45,041 bases of DNA from NCBI GenBank assembly GCA_964245035.1, contig CAXTMD010000002.1, positions 1,253 through 46,293 on the forward strand. The letters run 5' to 3'. Under the pieces are notes generated by a model. That model searched no databases. It had not been told where the DNA came from and saw only the letters and a program-made list of their open reading frames with translations. Position numbers and translations under genes: made by a program. Below, piece after piece: positions 1-8,651 of this stretch. Position 1 is the first letter of the stretch; every line of letters begins with the position of its first letter. Origin of the DNA: an uncultured Chthoniobacterales bacterium. GTDB lineage: Bacteria > Verrucomicrobiota > Verrucomicrobiia > Chthoniobacterales > SZAS-18.

Positions 1-60
1 GTGTGCGCACGGCGCGCCACGCCGGAAACATTTGGATTGCCTCGGAGAGGCAGCCCTACC
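1..60 (-). repeat. Partial GTAG-type REP/REPIN element, family B (cut by the window edge)
   Basis: Reverse complement reads GGTAGGGCTGCCTCTCCGAGGCAATCCAAATGTTTCCGGCG. It matches the element at 31276-31392, including an identical 16-mer (20-35 vs 31306-31321). Confidence 0.75.
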
Positions 61-180
61 TTGGGACGATGCCGCTGGCGCGGCAGGACTCAGCCGAGTG
101 CAACGCGCTCCAGGCCGGAGGTGGATAGAATCTGCGGACGGCTCCTGGCTTTACACCCGCCGGAGCACAGGAGCCAGCCT

Positions 181-681
181 TCAATGCACGCGCTGCCACT
201 CGATGACGATCTTCGTACCTTCCGGCCGCAGGAAAGTCTCCGTCAGGCGCTCGCCGTCGACGACGAGTCGGAGTTGGGTGCGCGTGCGCACGTCGCCCAC
301 CCAGTTCGGGAAGGTCGAGCCCTCGACCCGGTCGCCGCTCAGGTCTCCGTTCGCGTCCACCGTGTAGGTGCCAAAGAAGCCGATGCTGCCCGCCATCGCG
401 GCCTGATTTTCTGCCGCGGTGCCTTGGCCCCGTGCGCCCGAGGCAAACCTCGGCACCGTCGAGTCGGTCAGCACTTCGATGAAGTGTCCGTCGGCGGTGA
501 AGACGAGCAGGCTGCTTGGCGCGGGACCATAGGCGGGCAGATTTTTGCCGTCCGGGTCGATCTGCGCCGAAACCATCCGCCAGGTGCCCAGAACCTTGTT
601 GGGTAAGTCGGCCCGGACAGACGTGGCGGCGGTGAGCACCGCCCCGGCGACCCACGCGAGGATGAGAGTGCGTTTTGGCAT
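181..681 (-). CDS. Secreted lipocalin-like domain protein
   Basis: Signal peptide, 'VLGTWRMVS' and 'GFFGTYTVD...GSTFPNWVG' motifs, terminal 'WQRV'; directly downstream of the SDR gene. Confidence 0.8.
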   Translation of the reverse strand: MPKRTLILAWVAGAVLTAATSVRADLPNKVLGTWRMVSAQIDPDGKNLPAYGPAPSSLLVFTADGHFIEVLTDSTVPRFASGARGQGTAAENQAAMAGSIGFFGTYTVDANGDLSGDRVEGSTFPNWVGDVRTRTQLRLVVDGERLTETFLRPEGTKIVIEWQRVH

Positions 682-698
682 GGGTTTGGGTGCCGGGT

Positions 699-1526
699 TC
701 AGGCTTTGTCCGCGGAAAACGCCACGTCCCGCTGGGCCTGGATTTCGGCGAGCCGGCCGGTCAGTTCCCGCGTCAGATTCTCGTAGGCCGTGCTGCCGAG
801 CGGCAGCCGGAACGGCGGCTTCTCAGCGTCGGCCGCCGCGAGGATGGCCGCGACCGTGCGGCCCGCGTCGCCGTAGATGGCGAAGGTGCGTCCCTGGACC
901 GCGCGCCGCACCTCGCCGGCCGGCGTCTGGTCGTAGGCGGCCAGCGGCGGGGCCAAGTCGATGCCAGCACCGAAGTTCGTCGCCGTCGGGCCGGGTTCGG
1001 CGAGGAGGAAGTCGATGCCGAAGGGCTTGACCTCCTTGGCCACGGCTTCCACGAAGCCTTCGATGCCCCACTTGGTGGCGTGGTAGAGGCTGAAAGCCGG
1101 GTAGGTCGTCTGCCCGCCCTCGCTGGACACCTGCACGATCCGTCCGCCACCCTGTTGGCGCAGAGCCGGCAGCACCGCTCGAATGAACTGGATGGTGCCC
1201 GTCAGGTTGGTGGCGATCTGGCGCTCAATCTGCGCGTCGGAGAGTTCCTCGGCCGCGCCGACCAGGCCGTAGGCCGCGTTGCTGACGACCACGTCGATGC
1301 GTCCCAAGCGGCGGAACGTCTCGGCCACCGCCGCCCGCAGGCCGGCCGTGTCCGTGAGGTCGAGCGTGACGACGCGCAGGCGTTCCCCATGGGTTTGCCG
1401 GAGATCCGCGAGCGCATCGTCGCGCCGCACGGTGGCCGCCACGCGGTCGCCGCGTTCCAGAAGTTGTTCCACCATTGCCCGTCCGAGGCCGGAAGACGTT
1501 CCCGTGATGAGCCAGGTTTTTGCCAT
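699..1526 (-). CDS. Short-chain dehydrogenase/reductase (SDR)
   Basis: TGTSSGLG Rossmann motif, SNAAYG, catalytic YHATK; start placed at MAKTWLITG (1526). Confidence 0.92.
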   Translation of the reverse strand: MAKTWLITGTSSGLGRAMVEQLLERGDRVAATVRRDDALADLRQTHGERLRVVTLDLTDTAGLRAAVAETFRRLGRIDVVVSNAAYGLVGAAEELSDAQIERQIATNLTGTIQFIRAVLPALRQQGGGRIVQVSSEGGQTTYPAFSLYHATKWGIEGFVEAVAKEVKPFGIDFLLAEPGPTATNFGAGIDLAPPLAAYDQTPAGEVRRAVQGRTFAIYGDAGRTVAAILAAADAEKPPFRLPLGSTAYENLTRELTGRLAEIQAQRDVAFSADKA

Positions 1527-1605
1527 AAAATGATTTGGTCGTTTGACTTTCCCACGTTGGAACAGCCTGATCGGTGAGACAAGATGGCCAACCTCGCATG
1601 GCCCT

Positions 1606-1620
1606 GTGAACAACGTTCAC
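1606..1620. promoter_or_regulatory. Putative LysR recognition site (T-N11-A dyad)
   Basis: GTGAAC-AAC-GTTCAC dyad containing T-N11-A, between the divergent SDR and lysR genes and abutting the lysR ATG. Confidence 0.6.
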
Positions 1621-1622
1621 CA

Positions 1623-2516
1623 ATGAACAAGCCGACCTTCGACGAACTCGCGGCCTTCGCGGCCGTGGCCGAGCACCGCAGCTTCCGCCAGGCGGCCGAC
1701 GCGCTCGGCACCTCGCGCTCGGCCCTGAGCCACGCCCTGCGCAAGCTGGAGCAAAGCCTGGGCGTCCGGCTGCTCCACCGCACCACCCGCAGCGTCTCCC
1801 TGACGGAGGCGGGCACCCGCCTGCTCGCGGACATCCGGCCGCTGCTGCAAGATCTGGACGCCGCGCTGGACACGCTCGCCCACGCACGCGGCGCACCGGC
1901 CGGAACCCTGCGCATCCACGCCAACAAAATCGCCGCGCGGCTGCTGTTGCGGGAGGTGATCCCGACGTTTCTGGCGAGGCATCCGCACGTCGAACTCGAC
2001 CTGCTATCCGACGGCCGGTTGGTCGACATCGTGGCCGCCGGCTTCGACGCGGGCGTGCGGCTTGCCGAGGACGTGCCGCAGGACATGATCGCCGTGCCGT
2101 TTGGCGGCGCCATGCGTTTTGTCGCCGTGGCGTCTCCTGCCTACCTGGCAGATCACCCCGCTCCGACCACGCCGGACGATCTCCGCCACCACCACTGCAT
2201 CCGCCACCGGGTGCCGAGCGGCAGGCTCTACCGCTGGGAGTTCAGCCGGCGCGGCCAGGAGGTGGCCGTCGACGTGCCTGGCGCACTCACGCTCGACGAC
2301 AACTCCCTGATGACCCGGGCCGCGGCCGACGGCTTGGGGATCGCCTACGTACCGGCGTCCTACGCGCGGAGCCGGCTGGAGGCCGGCACGCTGGTGGCGG
2401 TGCTCGCCGACTGGTGCCCGCCGATCCCGGGTCTGACGCTTTTCTACCCCGGCCGCCGCCACGTGCCCTCCACGCTGCGGGCCTTCATCGACGTATTGAA
2501 GGAGACCAGGCCGTAG
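1623..2516 (+). CDS. LysR-family transcriptional regulator (CrgA-like)
   Basis: HTH 'FAAVAEHRSFRQAADALG...LEQSLGVRLLHRTTRSVSLTEAG' and 'LVDIVAAGFDAGVR'; divergent from the SDR gene. Confidence 0.95.
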   Translation: MNKPTFDELAAFAAVAEHRSFRQAADALGTSRSALSHALRKLEQSLGVRLLHRTTRSVSLTEAGTRLLADIRPLLQDLDAALDTLAHARGAPAGTLRIHANKIAARLLLREVIPTFLARHPHVELDLLSDGRLVDIVAAGFDAGVRLAEDVPQDMIAVPFGGAMRFVAVASPAYLADHPAPTTPDDLRHHHCIRHRVPSGRLYRWEFSRRGQEVAVDVPGALTLDDNSLMTRAAADGLGIAYVPASYARSRLEAGTLVAVLADWCPPIPGLTLFYPGRRHVPSTLRAFIDVLKETRP

Positions 2517-2531
2517 CGTCCAAAAGACGCC

Positions 2532-3983
2532 TCAGCCCAGCAGCACCGGCAGCAGCACGCCCAGCCCGACGGCGAAAAACCAGAGCGCCGGTGCGGGCGT
2601 GCCCACGGGCCTGTAACGGCGCTGCTCCCAGGCCGCGAAGCGCGGATCGAGTCGGTCCCAGCGTTCCCGCCGCCGCTCCAGCAGCCAGAACGTCGCCGCG
2701 GTGCTGATCCCGTACAGCAGATGGCCGAGCAGCGAGGGCAGCGAGTTGGCCACCGCCTGCGGCGACCACGTGAAAGGGCGTCCCAGGACCGTCTGAAACA
2801 AGGTGAACGGTCCCAGGAACCACCAGATCAGGCCGTAAAGAAGGCCCCAGCCCACCCCGGAGACAAAGTCCGGCGACTCGCGCTCGAATAGCCATCCGTA
2901 GCTCATGCCAATCAACACCCCGACCCCGAGGTGGATCGCCATGCCCAACCCGAACGAGGACCCGCCGGCCAGCGTGGCGATGCGCTCAAAGCCGTCGATG
3001 CCAGCGATCATCGGGATGAACACCACCGCGCCCACCAACCCGGCCAAGGCTCCGCGTCCCAGCGAGCGCACCGTGCGCGGCCCCGGCCCCTCCGGCCGGC
3101 GGCGGATCGGGTCGCTCTCGATGAACAGGGTAACCCACAGCCGGTCCAGCGCCGCGTAGAGCAACCCGAGCAGCAATCCGTAGACGATGTGTGCGGGCAG
3201 CAGGTCAAAGAGTTCCCGTGCCCGGTCGGCGCTCCAATCGGGCAGCCGTCCCTGCGCGCAGACCAGGAGCGTCAACGGTCCGACGTACCACCAAACCATG
3301 CCGTAGGCCAATCCCCAACCCATGCTCGATCCGTAGCCGCGCACGTCCCGTTGGAAGAACAGGCCGAAGGAGCTGCCGATCGTCAGCGCCAGGGTGAAAT
3401 GCACCGCCAAGCCCACCGCCGGCGAGCGCGAGCCGACCAGGTCCGCCACCGCCGGCAACTGTCCCGAGCGCGCGATCCACCAGGCGAACACGGTGCCGCC
3501 CAGCGCGCCCGCCAACCCGCCGCAGACCAGGGCACGGCCCCACGAGAAACGTCCGGCCTCATCGGCGTCCGGGGCGCGGACGCGGGCGGCACAGGCCCCA
3601 AGCGTCAGCCCCAGCGGCGCGCCGAAAAGCAGCAGCGCGCCGACCAGCGCCGGAAAGTGCGCGCGGGCGGCATCCATCATCGGCGTTCCGTGCAGGGAGG
3701 ACGGGAAGAGGCTCGCGAACCAACCCAGCAAGCCAAACGCCAGCCCCCACAGCAAGCCGCCCCCGGCCGTGCGCGCCCGGTCGGCGGTCACCGCCGCGAA
3801 GACGACCCCGGCCACCGCGCCCAGCAGTGGCCCCGCGACGAACCCCGCCAGCCTGGCCACCCCGAACGCCAATCCGCCGGTGAGCCCGAGGATTCCTCCC
3901 AGCCAGAGCGGAAATCGGTCCGGCGTCCCTATCGTGGAACCCGCGTCGTCTGCGGATGCCGGCGCGTGCGGATCTGCGTTCAT
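2532..3983 (-). CDS. Polytopic membrane protein of three ~4-TM repeats, with paired His in repeats 2 and 3
   Basis: Repeated WGL(A/L)(F/Y)G..(W)W motif; 'VHFTL..PAHIVYG' and 'IHLGV..LGHLLYG'; 4-nt start/stop overlap with the upstream flavoprotein gene. Confidence 0.8.
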   Translation of the reverse strand: MNADPHAPASADDAGSTIGTPDRFPLWLGGILGLTGGLAFGVARLAGFVAGPLLGAVAGVVFAAVTADRARTAGGGLLWGLAFGLLGWFASLFPSSLHGTPMMDAARAHFPALVGALLLFGAPLGLTLGACAARVRAPDADEAGRFSWGRALVCGGLAGALGGTVFAWWIARSGQLPAVADLVGSRSPAVGLAVHFTLALTIGSSFGLFFQRDVRGYGSSMGWGLAYGMVWWYVGPLTLLVCAQGRLPDWSADRARELFDLLPAHIVYGLLLGLLYAALDRLWVTLFIESDPIRRRPEGPGPRTVRSLGRGALAGLVGAVVFIPMIAGIDGFERIATLAGGSSFGLGMAIHLGVGVLIGMSYGWLFERESPDFVSGVGWGLLYGLIWWFLGPFTLFQTVLGRPFTWSPQAVANSLPSLLGHLLYGISTAATFWLLERRRERWDRLDPRFAAWEQRRYRPVGTPAPALWFFAVGLGVLLPVLLG

Positions 3984-5749
3984 GTGGGTCTTGCGGAAGA
4001 AGCCGCCTCCGCGCCGCGCTCGTCTCCGAAATCAATCGTTTGGACGATGTCGCGCGGGAAAAACAGTTCGATCAGCCAGTCGCCCAGCACGCGCACCTTG
4101 CGCTCCAAACCCGGCAGCTTCGCCCAGTAGATCGCCCGCCAGAGCAGCCAGGCGAAGAACCCGCTGAAGCGCCACCCCAAGATCTCCGCGCAGGCGGTCT
4201 GGTGGCCGACGACGCAGAGCGTGCCGAGCGCATCGAAGTGGAAACCCTGCGGTTCGCGCCCATGCAGCACGGCGTAAAGATTGCGGGCGAGGTGCGGAGC
4301 CTGCCGCACGGCGAACTGCGCCGTGCCCGGGCAGGGTTTGCCGGTTTTCGCATCCGGCACGGAGGCGCAATCGCCCAGCGCCCACACGCCGGGATGCCCC
4401 TTCACGGCCATGGTGGGGCTGGTGGCGACCGCCCCGCGCTTGTCGTGTTCAACCGGCAAGTCCTTGAGCACCGGACTGGGGGCGGAGCCGGCGGTCCACA
4501 CGAGGGTTCCCGCCGCGATCTCCTCGACCGTGCCAGGGTCTTGGTCCTCCTTGCCCTTGCGTTGGATTGTCACGGCCCCGCGCCGGGCGTCCTTCACGCG
4601 TGCGTTCAGCAGGAAGGTGACCCCCCGCGCTTGCATCCGCTCCAGGGCATAGGCAGCCAGACTTTCGCTCAACTCGGGCAGGATGCGCTCGCGCGAATGG
4701 ACGACGATCACCCGCAGGTCATCCGCCGACAAACCCGGGTAGTCCGCCAGCATCCCCCGGGCGAAGTCGTTGAGCGCGCCGGCCAGTTCCGCCCCCGAGA
4801 ACCCCCCGCCGGCGATGACGAAGGTCATCCCCGCGCGGCGCTTGGCCGGGTCGGGCTCCGCGTCGGCGGCGTCGAAGGCGGCGATGGCGGCATTGCGCAC
4901 CCGGATGGCGTCGCCAAGCGACTTGAAATCCAGCGAGTGCTCCCGGATCGCGCCGTTGCCCAGGTAGTTGGAAACCGCGCCCAGGGCGAAAACAAGCTGG
5001 TCATAGAACAACTCGTCGGCGTCGCCGTGGGTGTTCTGCCCTGCCTCGCCGCGTCCGATGCGCACGCAACGGCGGTCCAAGTCGATGTTCACGACGCGCC
5101 CGCGCACGATGCGCGTGCGCCGCAGGTCCGTGCGCAGCGGACTGGAGATGTGCGTCGGCTCCAGGCTGCTGCCGGCGACCTCGGTGAGCATCGGGGTGAA
5201 CAGCAGTGCGTTCGTCTCGCTGACCAGCGTGAACTCGACCGACGGGTCGGCGCGAAATAACCGTTCCAACTCGCGGGCGGTGCCCACCCCGGCGAACCCG
5301 CCGCCGAGGATGAGGACCTGCCGCTTTTCCGCCGGTGGCGCGGGCGACGCCTCGTCCAACTCCGGACCGAACAGGCGCTCAGCGAGCCACGCTCCCGCCG
5401 GCGTGAGCAGCCCGAGCCCCCCGCCTGCCAGCACCCAGCCGACCAGCGCGGGCAGGAGTGCGCGCATGCCTTCGGCCGTCCACTGGGGCCCTTGCCCGGT
5501 CGCCACCGGCAGGGCCACGACGCTGAAGGCTCCCCAGAACGGCACCCCCAAGATCGCGGCGGTGAACACCCCGTCGAGCCAGGCGCCCGCCTCGCGTCTG
5601 GACGGGGTCGGGAGCGCGTAAAGGGCACCGAACAGCGCAACCAGCGCGGCGGCCAGCGCCGCGTGACCCCAGCCCGCACCGCGCGGGCGGCTGGCGAGCC
5701 CCCCCACGAGCAAGCCCCGTCCCCCGCGCCGCAGGGAAAGCCGGTTCAT
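3980..5749 (-). CDS. NDH-2-like NAD(P)/FAD-dependent oxidoreductase with an N-terminal membrane domain
   Basis: ILGGGFAG (FAD), IAGGGFSGAE (NAD), VWTAG, WALGDCA, TAQFAVRQA quinone-site motif; about 130 hydrophobic N-terminal residues; GGAGG upstream of ATG 5749. Confidence 0.88.
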   Translation of the reverse strand: MNRLSLRRGGRGLLVGGLASRPRGAGWGHAALAAALVALFGALYALPTPSRREAGAWLDGVFTAAILGVPFWGAFSVVALPVATGQGPQWTAEGMRALLPALVGWVLAGGGLGLLTPAGAWLAERLFGPELDEASPAPPAEKRQVLILGGGFAGVGTARELERLFRADPSVEFTLVSETNALLFTPMLTEVAGSSLEPTHISSPLRTDLRRTRIVRGRVVNIDLDRRCVRIGRGEAGQNTHGDADELFYDQLVFALGAVSNYLGNGAIREHSLDFKSLGDAIRVRNAAIAAFDAADAEPDPAKRRAGMTFVIAGGGFSGAELAGALNDFARGMLADYPGLSADDLRVIVVHSRERILPELSESLAAYALERMQARGVTFLLNARVKDARRGAVTIQRKGKEDQDPGTVEEIAAGTLVWTAGSAPSPVLKDLPVEHDKRGAVATSPTMAVKGHPGVWALGDCASVPDAKTGKPCPGTAQFAVRQAPHLARNLYAVLHGREPQGFHFDALGTLCVVGHQTACAEILGWRFSGFFAWLLWRAIYWAKLPGLERKVRVLGDWLIELFFPRDIVQTIDFGDERGAEAASSARPT

Positions 5750-5804
5750 CGCGCGCGTCCTCCCCCAACCTCGCCCGCCCGGCAGGCACGACGGAAGCCG
5801 TTCA

Positions 5805-6032
5805 TCAGATGCCGTCCTCGCAGGCATCGTGCTGCGGCTCCTGGGTCGGACGCGTCTCATGCCTACGTGGGTGCCCGGCCTGTCCGACGATCAATCCCGA
5901 TGGCCGGGCCGCCAGGAGCACGCAGACGCACGCCCCGGTGACGAGCAGGATGAGCAATCCCGAGGCCGTGAAACCTGGAGCGCGCCAGAGGCCGCACGGA
6001 GCGTCGGATGGATGTTGCTGGAGCGTTTTCAT
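5805..6032 (-). CDS. Putative small single-TM protein (75 aa)
   Basis: Fills the gap between the DUF1223 and NDH-2 genes; one hydrophobic helix (GLLILLVTGACVCVLLAA); TTTTCCC before the ATG, as for other genes in the window. Confidence 0.4.
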   Translation of the reverse strand: MKTLQQHPSDAPCGLWRAPGFTASGLLILLVTGACVCVLLAARPSGLIVGQAGHPRRHETRPTQEPQHDACEDGI

Positions 6033-6047
6033 GGGAAAACTTGCGGG

Positions 6048-6767
6048 TCACTTCCCGAGCCAGCCGCCGACGGCCTGCAAAGCGGCGGGGTCTTCCTCCG
6101 CGTGCACCCAGACCGCCAGTGCGGCGGCCGGCGCAGCGGGATTGGAGGGCAGGGTGAGCGTGGCCGTCCAGGTGTTCCCGTGCCGTTCCAGCGGCGCGTG
6201 CAAGAGGTCGAGCGCGACAAACTCGTGCGCCAGCTTGCGGCCGGCGTTCTCGCCACGGCGCACGTCGCTGGTGACCCCGTTGGCCAGCGGGGCGGCTTCC
6301 ACGATCAGGCCGCCGGCTGGCAGGGCCGCCGGCTGGAAGGCGACGCTCACGCGGCCCTCGGCGTTGACCTCCGCCCGCAGCCGGCCCGCTTTCGCCGCCA
6401 CGCTGGGATCGCTGCCCTCGTGGCCGTTTTGCACGAAGGCCGGCGTGTACACCGACCCGCTGCCCCAGCGCGCGGCGTAGTCGTACTGGCGCCGGGTGAA
6501 GGCCGCCGACGCGAAACGATCCTTCCAGCCGAGCCGGTCCCAATAGTCGACGTGGAACGCGACGGGCACGAACTGCTTCCACAGGCCGGGGTCGTCGCGC
6601 AGCTTGGCCAGGCGCGCCTCGGCGGGCGGGCAGGAACTGCAACCCTCCGAGGTGTAAAGTTCAACCAGCGTGGTCTGCGCCTCGCCGCTCTCGAAGGTGG
6701 CGGCCGGCAGGGCCGCCGCAAAGCTGAGCGTGCACAGGAGCGCGGCGGTGGGAATGGGATGTCTCAT
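6048..6767 (-). CDS. Exported DUF1223-family thioredoxin-like protein
   Basis: Signal peptide; 'VELYTSEGCSSCPPAE', 'AFHVDYWDRLGWKDRFAS', 'VYTP', 'VRRGENAGRKLAH' signatures. Confidence 0.9.
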   Translation of the reverse strand: MRHPIPTAALLCTLSFAAALPAATFESGEAQTTLVELYTSEGCSSCPPAEARLAKLRDDPGLWKQFVPVAFHVDYWDRLGWKDRFASAAFTRRQYDYAARWGSGSVYTPAFVQNGHEGSDPSVAAKAGRLRAEVNAEGRVSVAFQPAALPAGGLIVEAAPLANGVTSDVRRGENAGRKLAHEFVALDLLHAPLERHGNTWTATLTLPSNPAAPAAALAVWVHAEEDPAALQAVGGWLGK

Positions 6768-6772
6768 GGTGG

Positions 6773-6801
6773 TTCGGTCGGGCCGGTGATCTGATCCTTA
6801 C
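6773..6801 (-). promoter_or_regulatory. Putative ECF sigma promoter (GTAAGGAT-N17-CGAA)
   Basis: Minus strand reads GTAAGGATcagatcaccggcccgacCGAAccaccATG, implying a near-leaderless transcript; the same motif lies before the divergent tlpA-like gene. Confidence 0.6.
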
Positions 6802-7006
6802 AAGTCGTTTTTGCCGGCTGGGTTTCGCTGCTTCGTGCAGCCGCGCCTCGAAGGCAGAGGTCTTCGCGAGATCCTACCCGAGCGACCATCTGGCAGCCAT
6901 ACGCCCTTCGGCTCCCCGGCGGGGAGATCCACGGTCGTGACGCCAGTTTTCAAGATACCTGCGCCGTGGCGCGCCTTCTTCTGCTGTCATCCTGAAAACT
7001 GGTGCA

Positions 7007-7034
7007 GTAAGGATTTGGCGGCACCGCCGACGAA
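7007..7034 (+). promoter_or_regulatory. Putative ECF sigma promoter (GTAAGGAT-N16-CGAA)
   Basis: GTAAGGATttggcggcaccgccgaCGAA ends 11 nt before ATG 7046. Confidence 0.6.
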
Positions 7035-7045
7035 TAGGAGAAGCT

Positions 7046-7603
7046 ATGATTCATCCACTCCCCTCCTTCTCTTCGTCCCTCCGTCGCCGCTGCTGGCTCG
7101 CTCCGACGTTCCACGCGCTGCTCGCCGCTGCCGGCGTGTGGTGCGCCGCTTCTTTGGATTTCGCCCGGGCGGACGACTCGGTAGCTCGCGAACGACCCGT
7201 CGCCCCGGCGTGGAAGCTCGCGGGCCTCGACGGCAAACCAGTCAGCTTAGCGGACTTCAAGGGCAAGGTGGTCGTCCTGGACTTCTGGGCGACGTGGTGC
7301 GCGCCCTGCCGCGACGAAATCCCGGGCTTCGTCGAGCTGCAAAAGCAGTTCGGCGACCGCGGCCTGGTCGTGGTCGGCGTGTCGCTGGACGAGGAGGGCG
7401 CGCCGTTCGTCCAGAAGTTTGTCCGGCAGCATGGCGTCTCGTACCCGGTGGTCCTGGGGAGCCGGGAAGTGGTCGCGGCTTACGACGGCGTCGATGCCTT
7501 GCCCACGACGTTCATCATCGACCGCGAAGGGAAAATCGTGAAGGGCCACCGAGGCTTCACGCCGCCGGAGACTTTTGCGGCGGAGGTCGCGCCCCTTCTC
7601 TGA
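7046..7603 (+). CDS. TlpA/ResA-family exported thiol-disulfide oxidoreductase
   Basis: 'KGKVVVLDFWATWCAPCRDEIP', cis-Pro loop 'LPTTFIIDREG', N-terminal signal. Confidence 0.93.
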   Translation: MIHPLPSFSSSLRRRCWLAPTFHALLAAAGVWCAASLDFARADDSVARERPVAPAWKLAGLDGKPVSLADFKGKVVVLDFWATWCAPCRDEIPGFVELQKQFGDRGLVVVGVSLDEEGAPFVQKFVRQHGVSYPVVLGSREVVAAYDGVDALPTTFIIDREGKIVKGHRGFTPPETFAAEVAPLL

Positions 7604-7617
7604 GAGGCACACCGCCG

Positions 7618-8130
7618 TCACCGCGGCGCGGCGGGTGGAGCAACGGGCAGAGTCTCGATGGGCAGCGGCGGGCAGTTCGCCACGTCTGCCACGGCGTCGG
7701 CGACGGGCGCCAGCACCCAGGCCGCGTCGGCCGGCATGGAAAACACGGCGTGGTAGACCGTGGATTCCGCCTGGAACAGATTCGCCTCGCACCGGTTCCG
7801 GTGCAGCAGTCGGATCCACAGGAACAGCACACGCCGACCGACCGCGCCGGTCGTGTAGCCCCGCGCCTGGCTGACGGAGAAGTGGAGGGAGCGCCGGCCT
7901 TCGCTGGTGTGGCTTGTGTAGGCCAGAGCCAGGCCGGCGCTGGTCAGCAAAGCCGTGCCGTCCTCGGGGGAAGGCTCCTCCACGGGGTGCCTGGCAACCA
8001 TCCGGGAGGTCCAACCGGCAATCTCGGCGTAGTGCGCGTCGCTGAAGATGCGCCGGTAGTAGCGTGACTTTCGCACCAGCAGGAAGGCTGCGACCATCAG
8101 GACAACAACGGCACCGACGGCGTAGGTCAT
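7618..8130 (-). CDS. Hypothetical protein with an N-terminal membrane anchor
   Basis: Non-overlapping ORF with GGGAG upstream; hydrophobic N-terminus followed by RKSR. Confidence 0.65.
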   Translation of the reverse strand: MTYAVGAVVVLMVAAFLLVRKSRYYRRIFSDAHYAEIAGWTSRMVARHPVEEPSPEDGTALLTSAGLALAYTSHTSEGRRSLHFSVSQARGYTTGAVGRRVLFLWIRLLHRNRCEANLFQAESTVYHAVFSMPADAAWVLAPVADAVADVANCPPLPIETLPVAPPAAPR

Positions 8131-8152
8131 ATGATCTCCCTATCCGCCTGAT

Positions 8153-8608
8153 TCATTGCGGCTCGCTGCTGTCGCTCGACTGGTGCGAACTCCCAACGCG
8201 GGCCAGCAGGATCTGCAGGTGCTGCACGCTGCCGATCCCGTTGCCGTAGCCAGGCGGCGGGCCGTCCCTGCCGAAGAACTCGCCGCGTTCGTACGCCTGG
8301 TAGCCGGCGGCTTCAACGTGCAGGCGGCCGCTCGGGGCCTCGAACATGCTGTAAGGCAGCGGCCTGAGTTCCAGGCGGCGAAAGCCTGCCAGATGGAAGC
8401 GGCCGTCCCCGTCGGTTTGCGTCCGTGCTTGCGCGTTCGCGAGCGTCGTGAGCGCCACCTGCGCCCCGACGATGGGCTGACGCGTCGCGCGGTCGAGCAC
8501 CTGGCCGACGACGGGCGACGCGTCCACCTGGCTGTGCGGAATGCAGCCGCCCAGGCACGCGGCAGCGAACAGGCCCAGCGTGGCGGCAAGAAGGAACCGA
8601 GTGGGCAT
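8153..8608 (-). CDS. Lipoprotein with a carboxypeptidase-regulatory-like (transthyretin-like) domain
   Basis: Lipobox-like LGGC; 'GQVLDRATRQPIVGAQV...TDGDGRFHL...VEAAGYQ'. Confidence 0.75.
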   Translation of the reverse strand: MPTRFLLAATLGLFAAACLGGCIPHSQVDASPVVGQVLDRATRQPIVGAQVALTTLANAQARTQTDGDGRFHLAGFRRLELRPLPYSMFEAPSGRLHVEAAGYQAYERGEFFGRDGPPPGYGNGIGSVQHLQILLARVGSSHQSSDSSEPQ

Positions 8609-8651
8609 GGCCACAAAAAGGTAACACTGCCGCCACCCGCCTGCCAACGAC

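Noticed and set aside
5750-5860. Longer N-terminus of the NDH-2 ORF, or a frameshift joining it to 5805-6032
   Set aside because: ATG 5749 has a clear GGAGG, the extension looks non-coding, and I saw no slippery site.
6811-8067. 418-aa plus-strand ORF spanning tlpA
   Set aside because: Arg/Pro-rich off-frame ORF overlapping two better-supported genes.
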